From assembly GCA_017541325.1 (NCBI GenBank), contig JAFXZI010000014.1, forward strand, positions 45,741 to 109,740: a stretch of 64,000 nt of DNA, written 5' to 3'. The notes under the pieces were generated by a model. It ran no database searches and was not told the DNA's origin. It was given only the letters and a program-made list of their open reading frames with translations. The position numbers were made by a program, and so were the translations under genes. The DNA is from Bacilli bacterium (lineage in GTDB: Bacteria; Bacillota_I; Bacilli_A; RF39; UBA660). Shown here piece after piece: positions 38,518 to 47,912 of this stretch; the first letter of the stretch is position 1, and each line of letters begins with the position of its first letter.

Positions 38518-40234
38518 TTCCTAATTCTTTTAATTGTTTTTCATCTACTACATTTGGGGCATCACTCATTAAACAATATGCACTAGCAGTCTTAGGGAAT
38601 GCTACAACGTCTTTTATGTTATCAGTATCACATAAAATCATTATTAATCTTTCAAGTCCAATACCTACTCCACCATGAGGAGGTGCACCATATTTAAATG
38701 CATCAATAAAGAATCCAAATTTAGCTTTAGCTTGTTCTTCAGTAAGACCAATCGCTTCAAATACTTTTCTTTGTGTTTCAGAGTCATGTATACGAATTGA
38801 TCCACTTAATAATTCATATCCATTTAAAACAAGGTCATATGCTCTTGAATAACAATTTTCTTTATCTGTTAATAATTTATCAATATCTTCACGTCTTGGT
38901 GAAGTAAAAGGATGATGTGCTGCTTCGAATCTTTGTTCTTCTTCGCTCCACTCATACATTGGGAATTCTGTTACCCATAAGAAATTATATTTAGAGTGAT
39001 CAATTAAATCTAAATCATGTCCAAGTTTTACTCTTAATGCACCAAGTGCAGTTTTAACTATTTTTTCTTTTCCAGCTAAAACAAGTACTAAGTCATTATT
39101 TTCAAGATTAAATTTACTAATTAATCCATTCTTTTCTTCGTCACTCATAACTTTAGCAATTGAACCACTTAACTCTCCATCAGTAAGTTTTAAGTAAGAT
39201 AGTACATTTGCTTTATAAGTTTTTACAAATTCTTGTAATTTATCTATTTCTTTACGAGAATACTTGTCAGCAGCATCTTTTACTACTAAACAGTTAATAA
39301 TTCCTTTTTCTTCTAAAATACCTTTAAATATTTCAAAAGTAGTATTTTTAAATATATCTGTAATATCTTGTAACTCCATTTCAAAACGAGTATCAGGTTT
39401 ATCAGATCCAAATCTATTAATACAATCTACATATTTTAATCTTTCAAACTTAGGAAGATCTATTCCTTTAATATCTTTAAAGATTGCTTTCATTGTACCT
39501 TCTACTACTTCCCAAATATCTTCTTCTTCAACAAAACTCATCTCGATATCTATTTGAGTAAATTCTGGTTGACGGTCAGCACGTAAGTCTTCATCTCTAA
39601 AGCATCTAGCAATTTGGAAATATTTTTCCATACCACCAATCATTAATAATTGTTTATATATTTGTGGAGATTGAGGAAGTGCATAGAATTTACCATTAAA
39701 TACTCTTGAAGGTACTAAATAGTCTCTAGCTCCTTCTGGAGTAGATTTACATAAAATTGGAGTTTCTACTTCAACAAATCCTAAACTATTTAAATAGTTT
39801 CTTACAATTAGAGTAACTTTATTTCTTAATATTAAGTTATTTTTAATATTTTCTCTTCTTATATCTAAATAACGATATTTTAATCTTGTATCTTCTAAGG
39901 CAGTAGTATCTCCATTTATTTCAAACGGAATATCAATACTATTATTAATTAGTTCAAGATCTGATACTATTACTTCGATATCTCCTGTTTTAATTTTAGT
40001 ATTCTTACTTTCCCTTTCAGATACTTTTCCAACAGCTTTTATAACTGCTTCAGTCTTTAAGGAAGATGCTACTTCATTTCCTTCTTTTAGAACTAATTGA
40101 ATAATTCCACTTCTATCTCTTAAATCAATAAATGTAAGTCCACCTAAATCACGTTTCTTTTGAACCCATCCAAAAAGTGTTACTTCTTTTCCAACATCTT
40201 TTATACTTAGATCTGTATTATTAATTGTTTTCAT
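38501..40234 (-). CDS. aspS: aspartate--tRNA ligase
   Basis: 577 aa. Anticodon-binding N-terminus (..GGLTFIDLRDRSGIIQLV..), class IIb motifs (FRDEDLRADRQPEFTQID, GGVGIGLERLIMIL). Confidence 0.95.
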   Translation of the reverse strand: MKTINNTDLSIKDVGKEVTLFGWVQKKRDLGGLTFIDLRDRSGIIQLVLKEGNEVASSLKTEAVIKAVGKVSERESKNTKIKTGDIEVIVSDLELINNSIDIPFEINGDTTALEDTRLKYRYLDIRRENIKNNLILRNKVTLIVRNYLNSLGFVEVETPILCKSTPEGARDYLVPSRVFNGKFYALPQSPQIYKQLLMIGGMEKYFQIARCFRDEDLRADRQPEFTQIDIEMSFVEEEDIWEVVEGTMKAIFKDIKGIDLPKFERLKYVDCINRFGSDKPDTRFEMELQDITDIFKNTTFEIFKGILEEKGIINCLVVKDAADKYSRKEIDKLQEFVKTYKANVLSYLKLTDGELSGSIAKVMSDEEKNGLISKFNLENNDLVLVLAGKEKIVKTALGALRVKLGHDLDLIDHSKYNFLWVTEFPMYEWSEEEQRFEAAHHPFTSPRREDIDKLLTDKENCYSRAYDLVLNGYELLSGSIRIHDSETQRKVFEAIGLTEEQAKAKFGFFIDAFKYGAPPHGGVGIGLERLIMILCDTDNIKDVVAFPKTASAYCLMSDAPNVVDEKQLKELGIGLRD

Positions 40235-41554
40235 CTATTCACCTTCTACTATTTCTTCTTCTATTTCTAATTCATCAAATAATTCTTCTGATAGTTTTTC
40301 TTCAAAGTAATATAATATATAATCTACTCCAACTAAAGTTTCTTCTTTAGTTTTATTATCTTTTATTTTAATTTGATCATTCTTTAATTCTTCATCATTC
40401 AAGATAATAAAGAATCTACTATTTAGACGATCTGCTTGTTTAAATTGACTCTTTAGGCTTCTACCTAGATTTTCCATTTCTATTTTATAACCATTCATTC
40501 TTAAATATTGGCATAAAGTAACTGCATAATCTTTTTCTGTATCAGATACATACATAATATAAGCATCAAGTGCTTTATCAACAGGTAGTTCTACTTTTTC
40601 AAGATCTAACGCCATAATAAGTCTTCCCATACCTAAAGCAAATCCTATTCCTGGAGTTGATGGCCCATCTAATTGTTCTGCTAGTCCATTATATCTTCCC
40701 CCACCAGCTAAAACATTATTAGAACCAAATCCATCTACTTTAGCTTCTATCTCAAATACTGTATGGTTATAGTAATCAAGTCCTCTTACTATATTAGGAT
40801 TTACTTCATAATCTACTTCAAGAAGTGATAAATATTTTTTAACTGTTTCAAATCTTTCTTTACTCTCTTCATTTAAATAATCAATAGTTTTAGGAGCATT
40901 TTTTAATATTGGATTATCACAATCTACTTTACAATCAAGAATTCTTAAAGGATTCTTTTTAAATCTTTCTTGGCAGTCTTCACATAAAGTATCAATATGT
41001 GGACGAAAATACTCTACTAAAGCTTCTCTATAATTATTACGAGATTCATTATCACCTAAAGTATTAATATTAACTTTTACTTCTTGTAATCCTAATAATT
41101 TAAATAAATTAACTGGAATAGATATTACTTCAGCATCTATATATGGATCATCACACCCTAATACTTCTACACCAAATTGTGTAAGTTCTCTATCTCTTCC
41201 TGATTGAGGTCTTTCGTAACGATACATTGTACCATTATAGTAAATCTTAACTGGTTGAGCACCATCTCCATACATTTTGTTTTCAATATAACTTCTTACT
41301 ATTCCTGCAGTTCCTTCTGGACGTAGAGTCATATTACGTCCACCTCTATCTACAAAATCATATGTTTCTTTTGTAACTATATCAGTTGTATCTCCTACTC
41401 CTCTATGGAATAATTCACTAGATTCAAAAATTGGTGTACGCATGAAATCATAATTATATTCTTTCATTAAATCATCAATTACTTGATCAACATATTTAAA
41501 TTTTCTAGCTTGATCACCATATATATCATGGCATCCTTTTGGTTTAGTTATCAT
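40235..41554 (-). CDS. hisS: histidine--tRNA ligase
   Basis: 439 aa. MITKPKGCHDIYGDQARKFKYVDQ.. and ..MRTPIFESSELFHRGVGDTTDIV.. are HisRS signatures. Stop abuts the aspS start. Confidence 0.95.
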   Translation of the reverse strand: MITKPKGCHDIYGDQARKFKYVDQVIDDLMKEYNYDFMRTPIFESSELFHRGVGDTTDIVTKETYDFVDRGGRNMTLRPEGTAGIVRSYIENKMYGDGAQPVKIYYNGTMYRYERPQSGRDRELTQFGVEVLGCDDPYIDAEVISIPVNLFKLLGLQEVKVNINTLGDNESRNNYREALVEYFRPHIDTLCEDCQERFKKNPLRILDCKVDCDNPILKNAPKTIDYLNEESKERFETVKKYLSLLEVDYEVNPNIVRGLDYYNHTVFEIEAKVDGFGSNNVLAGGGRYNGLAEQLDGPSTPGIGFALGMGRLIMALDLEKVELPVDKALDAYIMYVSDTEKDYAVTLCQYLRMNGYKIEMENLGRSLKSQFKQADRLNSRFFIILNDEELKNDQIKIKDNKTKEETLVGVDYILYYFEEKLSEELFDELEIEEEIVEGE

Positions 41555-41836
41555 AAATACCTCCTAAAAATGCAAAAAGATGATACCAGTATAAGGACGA
41601 ATCTCTCGTGGTACCACCTTAATTCATAACAATAGTTATCTCAAATATCTTAACGCGATATAACGTTCTATGTTTATATAAAGTGTCTTCAATACATATT
41701 AGCTTAAGTATTTTCACCAACCATACTTTCTCTAAAAGCAATTACATATTTACTCCTCTTTCATAGAAGTTAACCTAATTTTATATCTAAAACACCTTTT
41801 TTTCAAGTGAAAAAAATAGAAACATATAAATTGTTT
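41555..41836 (-). promoter_or_regulatory. T-box riboswitch leader of the hisS-aspS operon
   Basis: 282-nt leader. The minus transcript contains AAGGUGGUACCACGAG (revcomp of 41605-41618), one mismatch from the T-box core GGUGGUACCGCG. Confidence 0.8.
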
Positions 41837-42304
41837 CTATTTAATTTCAGTAATCTCTATTTTATAAACTCCGTTTGGACTTTCAACTTCAACAATGTCT
41901 CCAACTTTTTTATTTAAAATTGCTTTAGCAATTGGACTTTCATTAGATATTTTGCTCATAAATGGATCTGCTTCTTGACTACCAACGATTTTATATTCAT
42001 CAGTATCATCATCATCTACATATTTAACAGATACAGTTGACCCAATAGATACTTTATCAGTTTTAACTTCATTGATAATTTCTGCATTTTCTAACATTTT
42101 CTCTATTTTCTTAATGCGTCCTTCGATTTCTGCTTGTTCATTTTTAGCAGCATCGTAGTCTGCATTTTCTGACAAATCTCCTAAAGCACGTGCTTCTTTA
42201 ATAGCAATAATATTTCTTGGACGTTGTACATTAATTAAATCATCTAGCTCTTTTTTTAGTTCATCTAATCCTTCTTGAGTTAAATAGGTTTTCTTTTCTT
42301 TCAT
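41837..42304 (-). CDS. greA: transcription elongation factor GreA
   Basis: 155 aa. ..EGLDELKKELDDL..ARALGDLSENADYDAAKNEQAEIEGRIKKIE.. is canonical GreA. Confidence 0.95.
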   Translation of the reverse strand: MKEKKTYLTQEGLDELKKELDDLINVQRPRNIIAIKEARALGDLSENADYDAAKNEQAEIEGRIKKIEKMLENAEIINEVKTDKVSIGSTVSVKYVDDDDTDEYKIVGSQEADPFMSKISNESPIAKAILNKKVGDIVEVESPNGVYKIEITEIK

Positions 42305-42338
42305 AGTAATGCACCTCTTTCAAACACATACTTTTAAC

Positions 42339-42367
42339 AAGATACTACAAATAGGCAAAAAAGTCAA
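42339..42367 (-). promoter_or_regulatory. candidate sigma-A promoter of greA
   Basis: Minus strand TTGACT-17 nt-TATCTT, about 35 nt upstream of the greA RBS AAAGAGG. Confidence 0.4.
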
Positions 42368-42391
42368 GTTGTTATGGTATGAACTTAACAA

Positions 42392-42415
42392 TAAAAAAAA
42401 GACCTATAAGGTCTT
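42392..42415 (-). terminator. rho-independent terminator after the stomatin-NfeD pair
   Basis: agacct(ata)aggtct hairpin followed by UUUUUUUU on the minus transcript. Confidence 0.5.
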
Positions 42416-42419
42416 GTTT

Positions 42420-43319
42420 TTAACTTTCTTTGTCTTTATGATCCTTAAACATTTCTTCAATAGTTGTTGATAAAGTAGCAATATTTTGTAAATCTGATGG
42501 AACAATAATCTTTGTAGACTTTCCATCTGCTACCTTAGCAAGTGCTTCAAAGCTCTTTAAAGTAAGAACTGATTTATCAGCTTTAGCTTCTTTTAATAAC
42601 TTAATTCCATTTGCTTCAGCCTCTTTAATTCTAAGAATTGCTTCTGCTTGTCCTTCTGCTTCTTTAATAGCAGTTTGTTTAATAGCTTCTGCTCTTAAAA
42701 TAGCACTTTCTTTTTCTCCCTCAGCAATAAGGATTGCAGATTTCTTTTCTCCTTCTGCTTGAAGAATTTTTTCACGTCTTTCACGTTCAGCACGCATTTG
42801 TTTTTCCATTGCTTCTTGAATATCACGAGGTGGAATAATATTTTTAACTTCTACTCTGTTTATTTTAATTCCCCATGGATTTGTAGCTTCATCAAGAATA
42901 GCGCACATTTTTTCATTAATAGCATCCCTACTTGTTAAAGTTTGGTCTAATTCTAGTTCACCAATTAAGTTACGAAGTGTAGTTGCAGTTAAATTTTCAA
43001 TTGCAACAATTGGATTTTCAATTCCGTAAGTATATAACTTAGGATCTGTAATTTGATAATATACGATAGTATCTATTTGCATACTAACATTATCTTTTGT
43101 AATAACTGATTGTGGTAAGAAATCTCTAACAATTTCTTTTAAAGTAATTCTGTTAACAATTCTGTCAACGAATGGTAATTTGAAGTGTAGTCCATTATTC
43201 CATGTTTCTAGATATGAACCAACACGTTCAATAACTACTGCTTCTGCTTGTGATACAACTTTTACACAAGTAAGTATGATAATAACAGCAAGTATTAATA
43301 AAAACCAAAATAATTCCAT
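42420..43319 (-). CDS. SPFH/band-7 (stomatin-like) membrane protein
   Basis: 299 aa. N-terminal TM segment, SPFH core, E/A/K-rich coiled-coil tail. Confidence 0.85.
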   Translation of the reverse strand: MELFWFLLILAVIIILTCVKVVSQAEAVVIERVGSYLETWNNGLHFKLPFVDRIVNRITLKEIVRDFLPQSVITKDNVSMQIDTIVYYQITDPKLYTYGIENPIVAIENLTATTLRNLIGELELDQTLTSRDAINEKMCAILDEATNPWGIKINRVEVKNIIPPRDIQEAMEKQMRAERERREKILQAEGEKKSAILIAEGEKESAILRAEAIKQTAIKEAEGQAEAILRIKEAEANGIKLLKEAKADKSVLTLKSFEALAKVADGKSTKIIVPSDLQNIATLSTTIEEMFKDHKDKES

Positions 43320-43738
43320 TAATCTTTTTCCTCCTCTACGACTAATTTTACCCCATCAATTCGAAGTATTTTAACTGTAGCACCTACTTCAATCTTTTTA
43401 TCAGCTACAGCAGTCCATCTTTTTCCATCAACTTTAACTTCTCCATTTTCGTTTTTAGTTATTTCTTTAGTAACTACACCAGTCATTTCTAAAACACGAT
43501 CTAGATTAGTTTTGTGTTTAGTTTTATTAAGCCACTTAGTAAGTTGTTTTCTTGTAGTTATTAATAGAACAATACCTAATACTACAAAGACAGCAAATTG
43601 TACTGCGAATGGTATATCAAAGAAAGATAATATCCATGCAACAATTGCACTGGCAACAAACCATACTGTAACTAAATTAATAGTAATTAGTTCAATAAAA
43701 CTTAAAACTAAAATCATTACAAACCAAAAGTACTCCAT
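43319..43738 (-). CDS. NfeD-family membrane protein (stomatin partner)
   Basis: 139 aa. Several N-terminal TM segments plus a C-terminal OB-like beta domain (..GATVKILRIDGVKLVVEE). Start overlaps the stomatin gene by 1 nt. Confidence 0.8.
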   Translation of the reverse strand: MEYFWFVMILVLSFIELITINLVTVWFVASAIVAWILSFFDIPFAVQFAVFVVLGIVLLITTRKQLTKWLNKTKHKTNLDRVLEMTGVVTKEITKNENGEVKVDGKRWTAVADKKIEVGATVKILRIDGVKLVVEEEKD

Positions 43739-43769
43739 AATCTACCTCCTGGATATATTATACCATAAA

Positions 43770-45404
43770 TTAGTCTTTTTTTGAAGATGGATAATACTCA
43801 TTTATTCTTTTTTCTATACGAGTTTTTCCAAGTATTTTTAAGATGTTATAAAGATTTGGAGTATTATCTTTAGTAGTCATAGATATTCTAATCATATTAG
43901 AGATATCAACAATACTTCCAGGATATGAATCTGGTTCTTCTTTATAGGCTTTCATATCAGTTGCATATCCATATTTAGATGCAAGATCTTTCATCTTATT
44001 AAACCACTCTTCTTCAGTATCAGAACTATCATAATAATTATTAAAATAATCTATTATAATTTCACTATTATCTAAACTCTTCTTTTCTTTAAAAAACAAC
44101 TCATCAAACATGTACCACATATTATCTTTAACTTCACTAAAACTAGAATAATCTTTTCTTGGTTTTTTTCTTTCTCTTTCAATATTAATAAATTCTATAG
44201 AATCATCTTTATATTTAACTAATAAATTGTAAAACTCTGAATCATATTCTTTAGTATATTCTAATAATCTATTATAAAAATCAGATGCACTTAAATAACT
44301 TAAATAATTTTTAGAAATATTAAGTAGTTTTTCCATATCAAAAAGAGAACCACTACTAGAAACTTTTTTAAAATCAAATTTAAATTTATCAATACTTTCA
44401 CGAGGATTAGCATTGTACCATTCCTCAAAATTACTATTAGCTATTGTTAATAAATATAATTTAATTGCTTCTTTTGGAACTCCAAGTTCATGATAGAAAG
44501 AAATTGCTGCTTCTTTATCTTTTCTCTTACTAAGTTTTCTTCTTATTTCTCCATCTTGAATCATTATAGGAGATAAATGGCAATACTTAGGTAATTTATA
44601 TCCTAATACTTTAAATAATTCATAGTGAATTGGAAGAGAACTTAACCATTCATCTCCACGTATAACATGAGTAGTATGCATTAAAGAATCATCTACTGCA
44701 TGAGCAAAATGATATGTAGGAAAACCATCTCCTTTTATTAGTACAACATCTATATTATTTTCTGGAAATTCTAAATCTCCTTTTATTAAATCTTTTATAT
44801 GAATTCTTTTATTTATATCACCTTGTGATTTTAATCTAATAATATATGGTTCTCCATTTTTTATTTTTTTAATTCTTTCTTCATCACTTAAATCTCTATA
44901 TTTAGCAAACGCCCCATAACATCCTATTTCTAGTTTATCTTTTTCTTGAATTTCTCTCATCTCTTCTAATTCTTTTTCAGTTAAAAAGCAAGGATAAGCA
45001 AGATCAATACTCATAAGATAGGAAGCAAAGGACTCATATATTTCTTTACGATGAGTTTGAATATAAGGACCATATATTCCAACCTCTCCATTAGATGTAA
45101 CACCTTCATCTATCTTAATATCAAAATTATCAAGATCTCGAATAATATTTTCTATTCCATTTTCTACTTCACGTTTTTGATCAGTATCTTCTATTCTTAA
45201 AAAGAAAACACCATCAGTATCATGTGCTGCTTTACTTGAAACATATGCAGAAAAAAGTGATCCCATATGAACAAATCCTGTTGGAGATGGTGCAAAACGT
45301 GTAACAACTGCACCTTCTTTTAAATCTCTTTTTGGATATTTTTCTTCATAGTAAGATTTATCTTTTACATTAGGAAATATTAATTTTATTAATTCATCTT
45401 TCAT
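43770..45404 (-). CDS. gltX: glutamate--tRNA ligase
   Basis: VVTRFAPSPTGFVHMGSLFSAYVS.. (HIGH-region equivalent) and the KLSKR motif. Start moved to MKDELIKL (GAGG RBS) because the track start at 45467 would include the upstream terminator. Confidence 0.9.
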   Translation of the reverse strand: MKDELIKLIFPNVKDKSYYEEKYPKRDLKEGAVVTRFAPSPTGFVHMGSLFSAYVSSKAAHDTDGVFFLRIEDTDQKREVENGIENIIRDLDNFDIKIDEGVTSNGEVGIYGPYIQTHRKEIYESFASYLMSIDLAYPCFLTEKELEEMREIQEKDKLEIGCYGAFAKYRDLSDEERIKKIKNGEPYIIRLKSQGDINKRIHIKDLIKGDLEFPENNIDVVLIKGDGFPTYHFAHAVDDSLMHTTHVIRGDEWLSSLPIHYELFKVLGYKLPKYCHLSPIMIQDGEIRRKLSKRKDKEAAISFYHELGVPKEAIKLYLLTIANSNFEEWYNANPRESIDKFKFDFKKVSSSGSLFDMEKLLNISKNYLSYLSASDFYNRLLEYTKEYDSEFYNLLVKYKDDSIEFINIERERKKPRKDYSSFSEVKDNMWYMFDELFFKEKKSLDNSEIIIDYFNNYYDSSDTEEEWFNKMKDLASKYGYATDMKAYKEEPDSYPGSIVDISNMIRISMTTKDNTPNLYNILKILGKTRIEKRINEYYPSSKKD

Positions 45405-45467
45405 ATATAAACCTCGATTCATATAAATAATATCATAAAATAAAAATAATAGTATTATTAAAATCAA

Positions 45468-45503
45468 AAAAGCACTTAATTATAATAATTAAATGCTTTT
45501 AAA
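45468..45503 (-). terminator. rho-independent terminator after the secreted W-rich protein gene
   Basis: aaaagcacttaatt(ataataa)ttaaatgctttt hairpin (1 mismatch) plus U-run on the minus transcript. Confidence 0.5.
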
Positions 45504-45506
45504 TAT

Positions 45507-47045
45507 TTATCTTTCTGTTAAGTGAGGACAAGATTGATTTCCTTTGTAAGCTGCAATATATTTTTTTAACATTTCATAATATTTAGATCCATGTCCACCT
45601 GACATTGGTTCAATATCACGACTACATTCTTGAGTATACTCATCAGTAAATGTTCCACCATATAAACATAATGCAGTCCACTCATTCCACCAAGTAACTG
45701 TTACAACCTTTGGATGATATTTAAATGCTGTTTTCCATTGATTATAGAAAGTTTCACCATTTCTTCTACAAACAGCATCAGATGATGACATATAACTTCT
45801 TTGCATGGCAACACTAACACCAATTTGTTCAACAGCTCCGTTTTTATCTCTAGCAGGTTTATCATTATCTACTTCTAAATATGTCCAATCATATCTACTT
45901 ACTCCATTTAATCCCCACATACTTCTAACTGTAATATCTCTTTCTGGATTCCTTGTAGGAGGACTTGTTGTTAAAAAGAACGGTTTGCTATTCCAATAAA
46001 CCCAAATATTCTCATATTTACTATTTTTATAGAAATCATCATATATTGCATTTACACTTTGCCATCCTTCAAATTGGTTATTTCCACCAGAATTACCTGT
46101 CCATACCCAATTCATTACATAAGGAGTTTTTTCTCCTTCACTTCTCATTTCATATACAGTTTCAAGAATAGCTTTTAATGGTGAATCAACATGAGCATTC
46201 CATCCACTAGAATGATGAGCAAAACCAGCATTTGGATTCATATTTGTATAATCTATAATTATAAAATCTACTCCAGCAGCTGCTAACTGCTTCATATGAG
46301 TCCTTATAACATTTTTATCGTTACTATTGTAAAAACCTAACGCAGGTTTTCCCCAATAATATTCAGCACCACCTTCACAAAAACTAGATTGTTGAGAAAT
46401 AATTCTAACTTTACTTTGATTAGGATGATGCCATGTCGTATAGAATATTCCTACTAAATTTTTAGAATTAGCTATATCAAGTTTAGTTCCACCTAATCTT
46501 TTTTGTTCTTCTTCTAAAAGTTTCTTTATAATATCATCATTTTTCTTTTCATTAGCTTCTCTTGCTTTTTCTCTTTTCTTTTCTCTTTCTTCTCTTTCTT
46601 CACTTTCTTTTTTAGCATTTTCAAATTCTTTAGTATTATCTTTTTTTAATTCTTTATCATAATAATTGCATATATCATTATCATTTATAAAGCAATTAAT
46701 ACATTCAATCATTGAATTTTGTTCTAGCATTTTAAATAACAATTGTGCACCAAAAACTACAAAGAATACTGCTGCTGCAGCAATAAATTTAGGTACTACT
46801 TTTCGTCTTAATCTGTCTAAATCTGGATCTTTATTAATTACAGTTTTAAATATATCTATTCCTGCATATAAAACTAGCAAAATTGGAATTAATATTTTTA
46901 TAATATCAACTGATGTCTTTATAACTGCTGGTACAGCAGCTGGTACCCCACTTATATTTCCACACGAAGCAAAATGTTCGGCAAAAACAATATCAGACGG
47001 AAAAACATATAGTATTAAAAATAAATAAACTAATCTTTTTTTCAT
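45507..47045 (-). CDS. secreted/membrane-anchored protein with E/K/R-rich coiled-coil and Trp-rich C-terminal putative glycan-hydrolase-like domain
   Basis: 512 aa. Signal peptide plus a second hydrophobic segment. The segment EEREEREKKREKAREANEKK is low complexity. The C-terminal 330 aa are W/Y/N-rich (..FIIIDYTNMNP.., ..NWVWTGNSGG.., ..VTWWNEWT..), reminiscent of TIM-barrel glycoside hydrolases. Family not identified. Confidence 0.5.
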   Translation of the reverse strand: MKKRLVYLFLILYVFPSDIVFAEHFASCGNISGVPAAVPAVIKTSVDIIKILIPILLVLYAGIDIFKTVINKDPDLDRLRRKVVPKFIAAAAVFFVVFGAQLLFKMLEQNSMIECINCFINDNDICNYYDKELKKDNTKEFENAKKESEEREEREKKREKAREANEKKNDDIIKKLLEEEQKRLGGTKLDIANSKNLVGIFYTTWHHPNQSKVRIISQQSSFCEGGAEYYWGKPALGFYNSNDKNVIRTHMKQLAAAGVDFIIIDYTNMNPNAGFAHHSSGWNAHVDSPLKAILETVYEMRSEGEKTPYVMNWVWTGNSGGNNQFEGWQSVNAIYDDFYKNSKYENIWVYWNSKPFFLTTSPPTRNPERDITVRSMWGLNGVSRYDWTYLEVDNDKPARDKNGAVEQIGVSVAMQRSYMSSSDAVCRRNGETFYNQWKTAFKYHPKVVTVTWWNEWTALCLYGGTFTDEYTQECSRDIEPMSGGHGSKYYEMLKKYIAAYKGNQSCPHLTER

Positions 47046-47086
47046 ACAATGGTACCTTTCTTTATTATTATTCTAAATAAATAATA

Positions 47087-47803
47087 TCACATCGTTTTAT
47101 AGAACTCTATTATTTTATCTAAAGTATCAAAATCAATTGTCTCTTTACTGTCACATAAACTTTGACTTGGATCATAATGAACTTCAATTAATAGTCCATC
47201 CGCTCCTGCTGTTAAAGCAGCACAAGACATAGATTCAACCATGTAAGATAGTCCACTAGCATGAGATGGATCAATTATTATTTTATAATCTGTATTATTC
47301 TTTATATATGGAATCGCTTGTAAATCAAGTATATTTCTAGTTTCATTTGAAATAGTATTTCTAACTCCTCTTTCACATAAAATAATATTTGTATTACCTT
47401 CTCTTTTTATATATTCTGCTGCTTTAATCCATTCATTATAAGAAGCTGCAAAATTTCTTTTTAAAATAACTGGAGTTTTTGTTTTTCCTACTTCTTTTAA
47501 CAATTCATAATTATACATATTTCTTGTACCTATTTGAATTATATCTATTTTATCTCCGTACTTTTTAACCTGTTCAATAGTAGTTAACTCAGTAACTATT
47601 TTAATATCTAGTTCTTCTTTTAATTTAAGAAGCATTTCCATACCCTCATCTCTTAACCCTTGAAAAGAATTGGGATCAGTTCTCATTTTAAAAGTTCCAG
47701 CTCGAAAATATTCAATTCCTCTTTCTTTTAAAAGAGATGCTATTTTTTTAATCTCATCATAACTTGCGAAAGTACATGGACCAGCAATAATTATTTTATT
47801 CAT
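47087..47803 (-). CDS. 3-deoxy-7-phosphoheptulonate (DAHP) synthase / KDO8P-synthase-family (type I-beta) enzyme
   Basis: 238 aa. MNKIIIAGPCTFASYDEI (family IIAGPC motif), TPVILKR, and IIDPSHA blocks of the DAHPS I-beta/KdsA family. It is short, so it may lack regulatory extensions. Confidence 0.75.
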   Translation of the reverse strand: MNKIIIAGPCTFASYDEIKKIASLLKERGIEYFRAGTFKMRTDPNSFQGLRDEGMEMLLKLKEELDIKIVTELTTIEQVKKYGDKIDIIQIGTRNMYNYELLKEVGKTKTPVILKRNFAASYNEWIKAAEYIKREGNTNIILCERGVRNTISNETRNILDLQAIPYIKNNTDYKIIIDPSHASGLSYMVESMSCAALTAGADGLLIEVHYDPSQSLCDSKETIDFDTLDKIIEFYKTM

Positions 47804-47912
47804 AATATCACCCTCTACATTTTTATTATATCACTATTGTTTTACAATAATATACATTAAAAAGACTAAAATATTTACGTAAACAAATTATATTTGATAT
47901 GATTAAATTGAG

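Noticed and set aside
45405-45467. Track start of gltX at 45467 (MILIILLF..)
   Set aside because: It would make the gene read through the upstream gene's terminator hairpin. An internal ATG with an RBS gives a normal GluRS N-terminus (MKDELIKL..).
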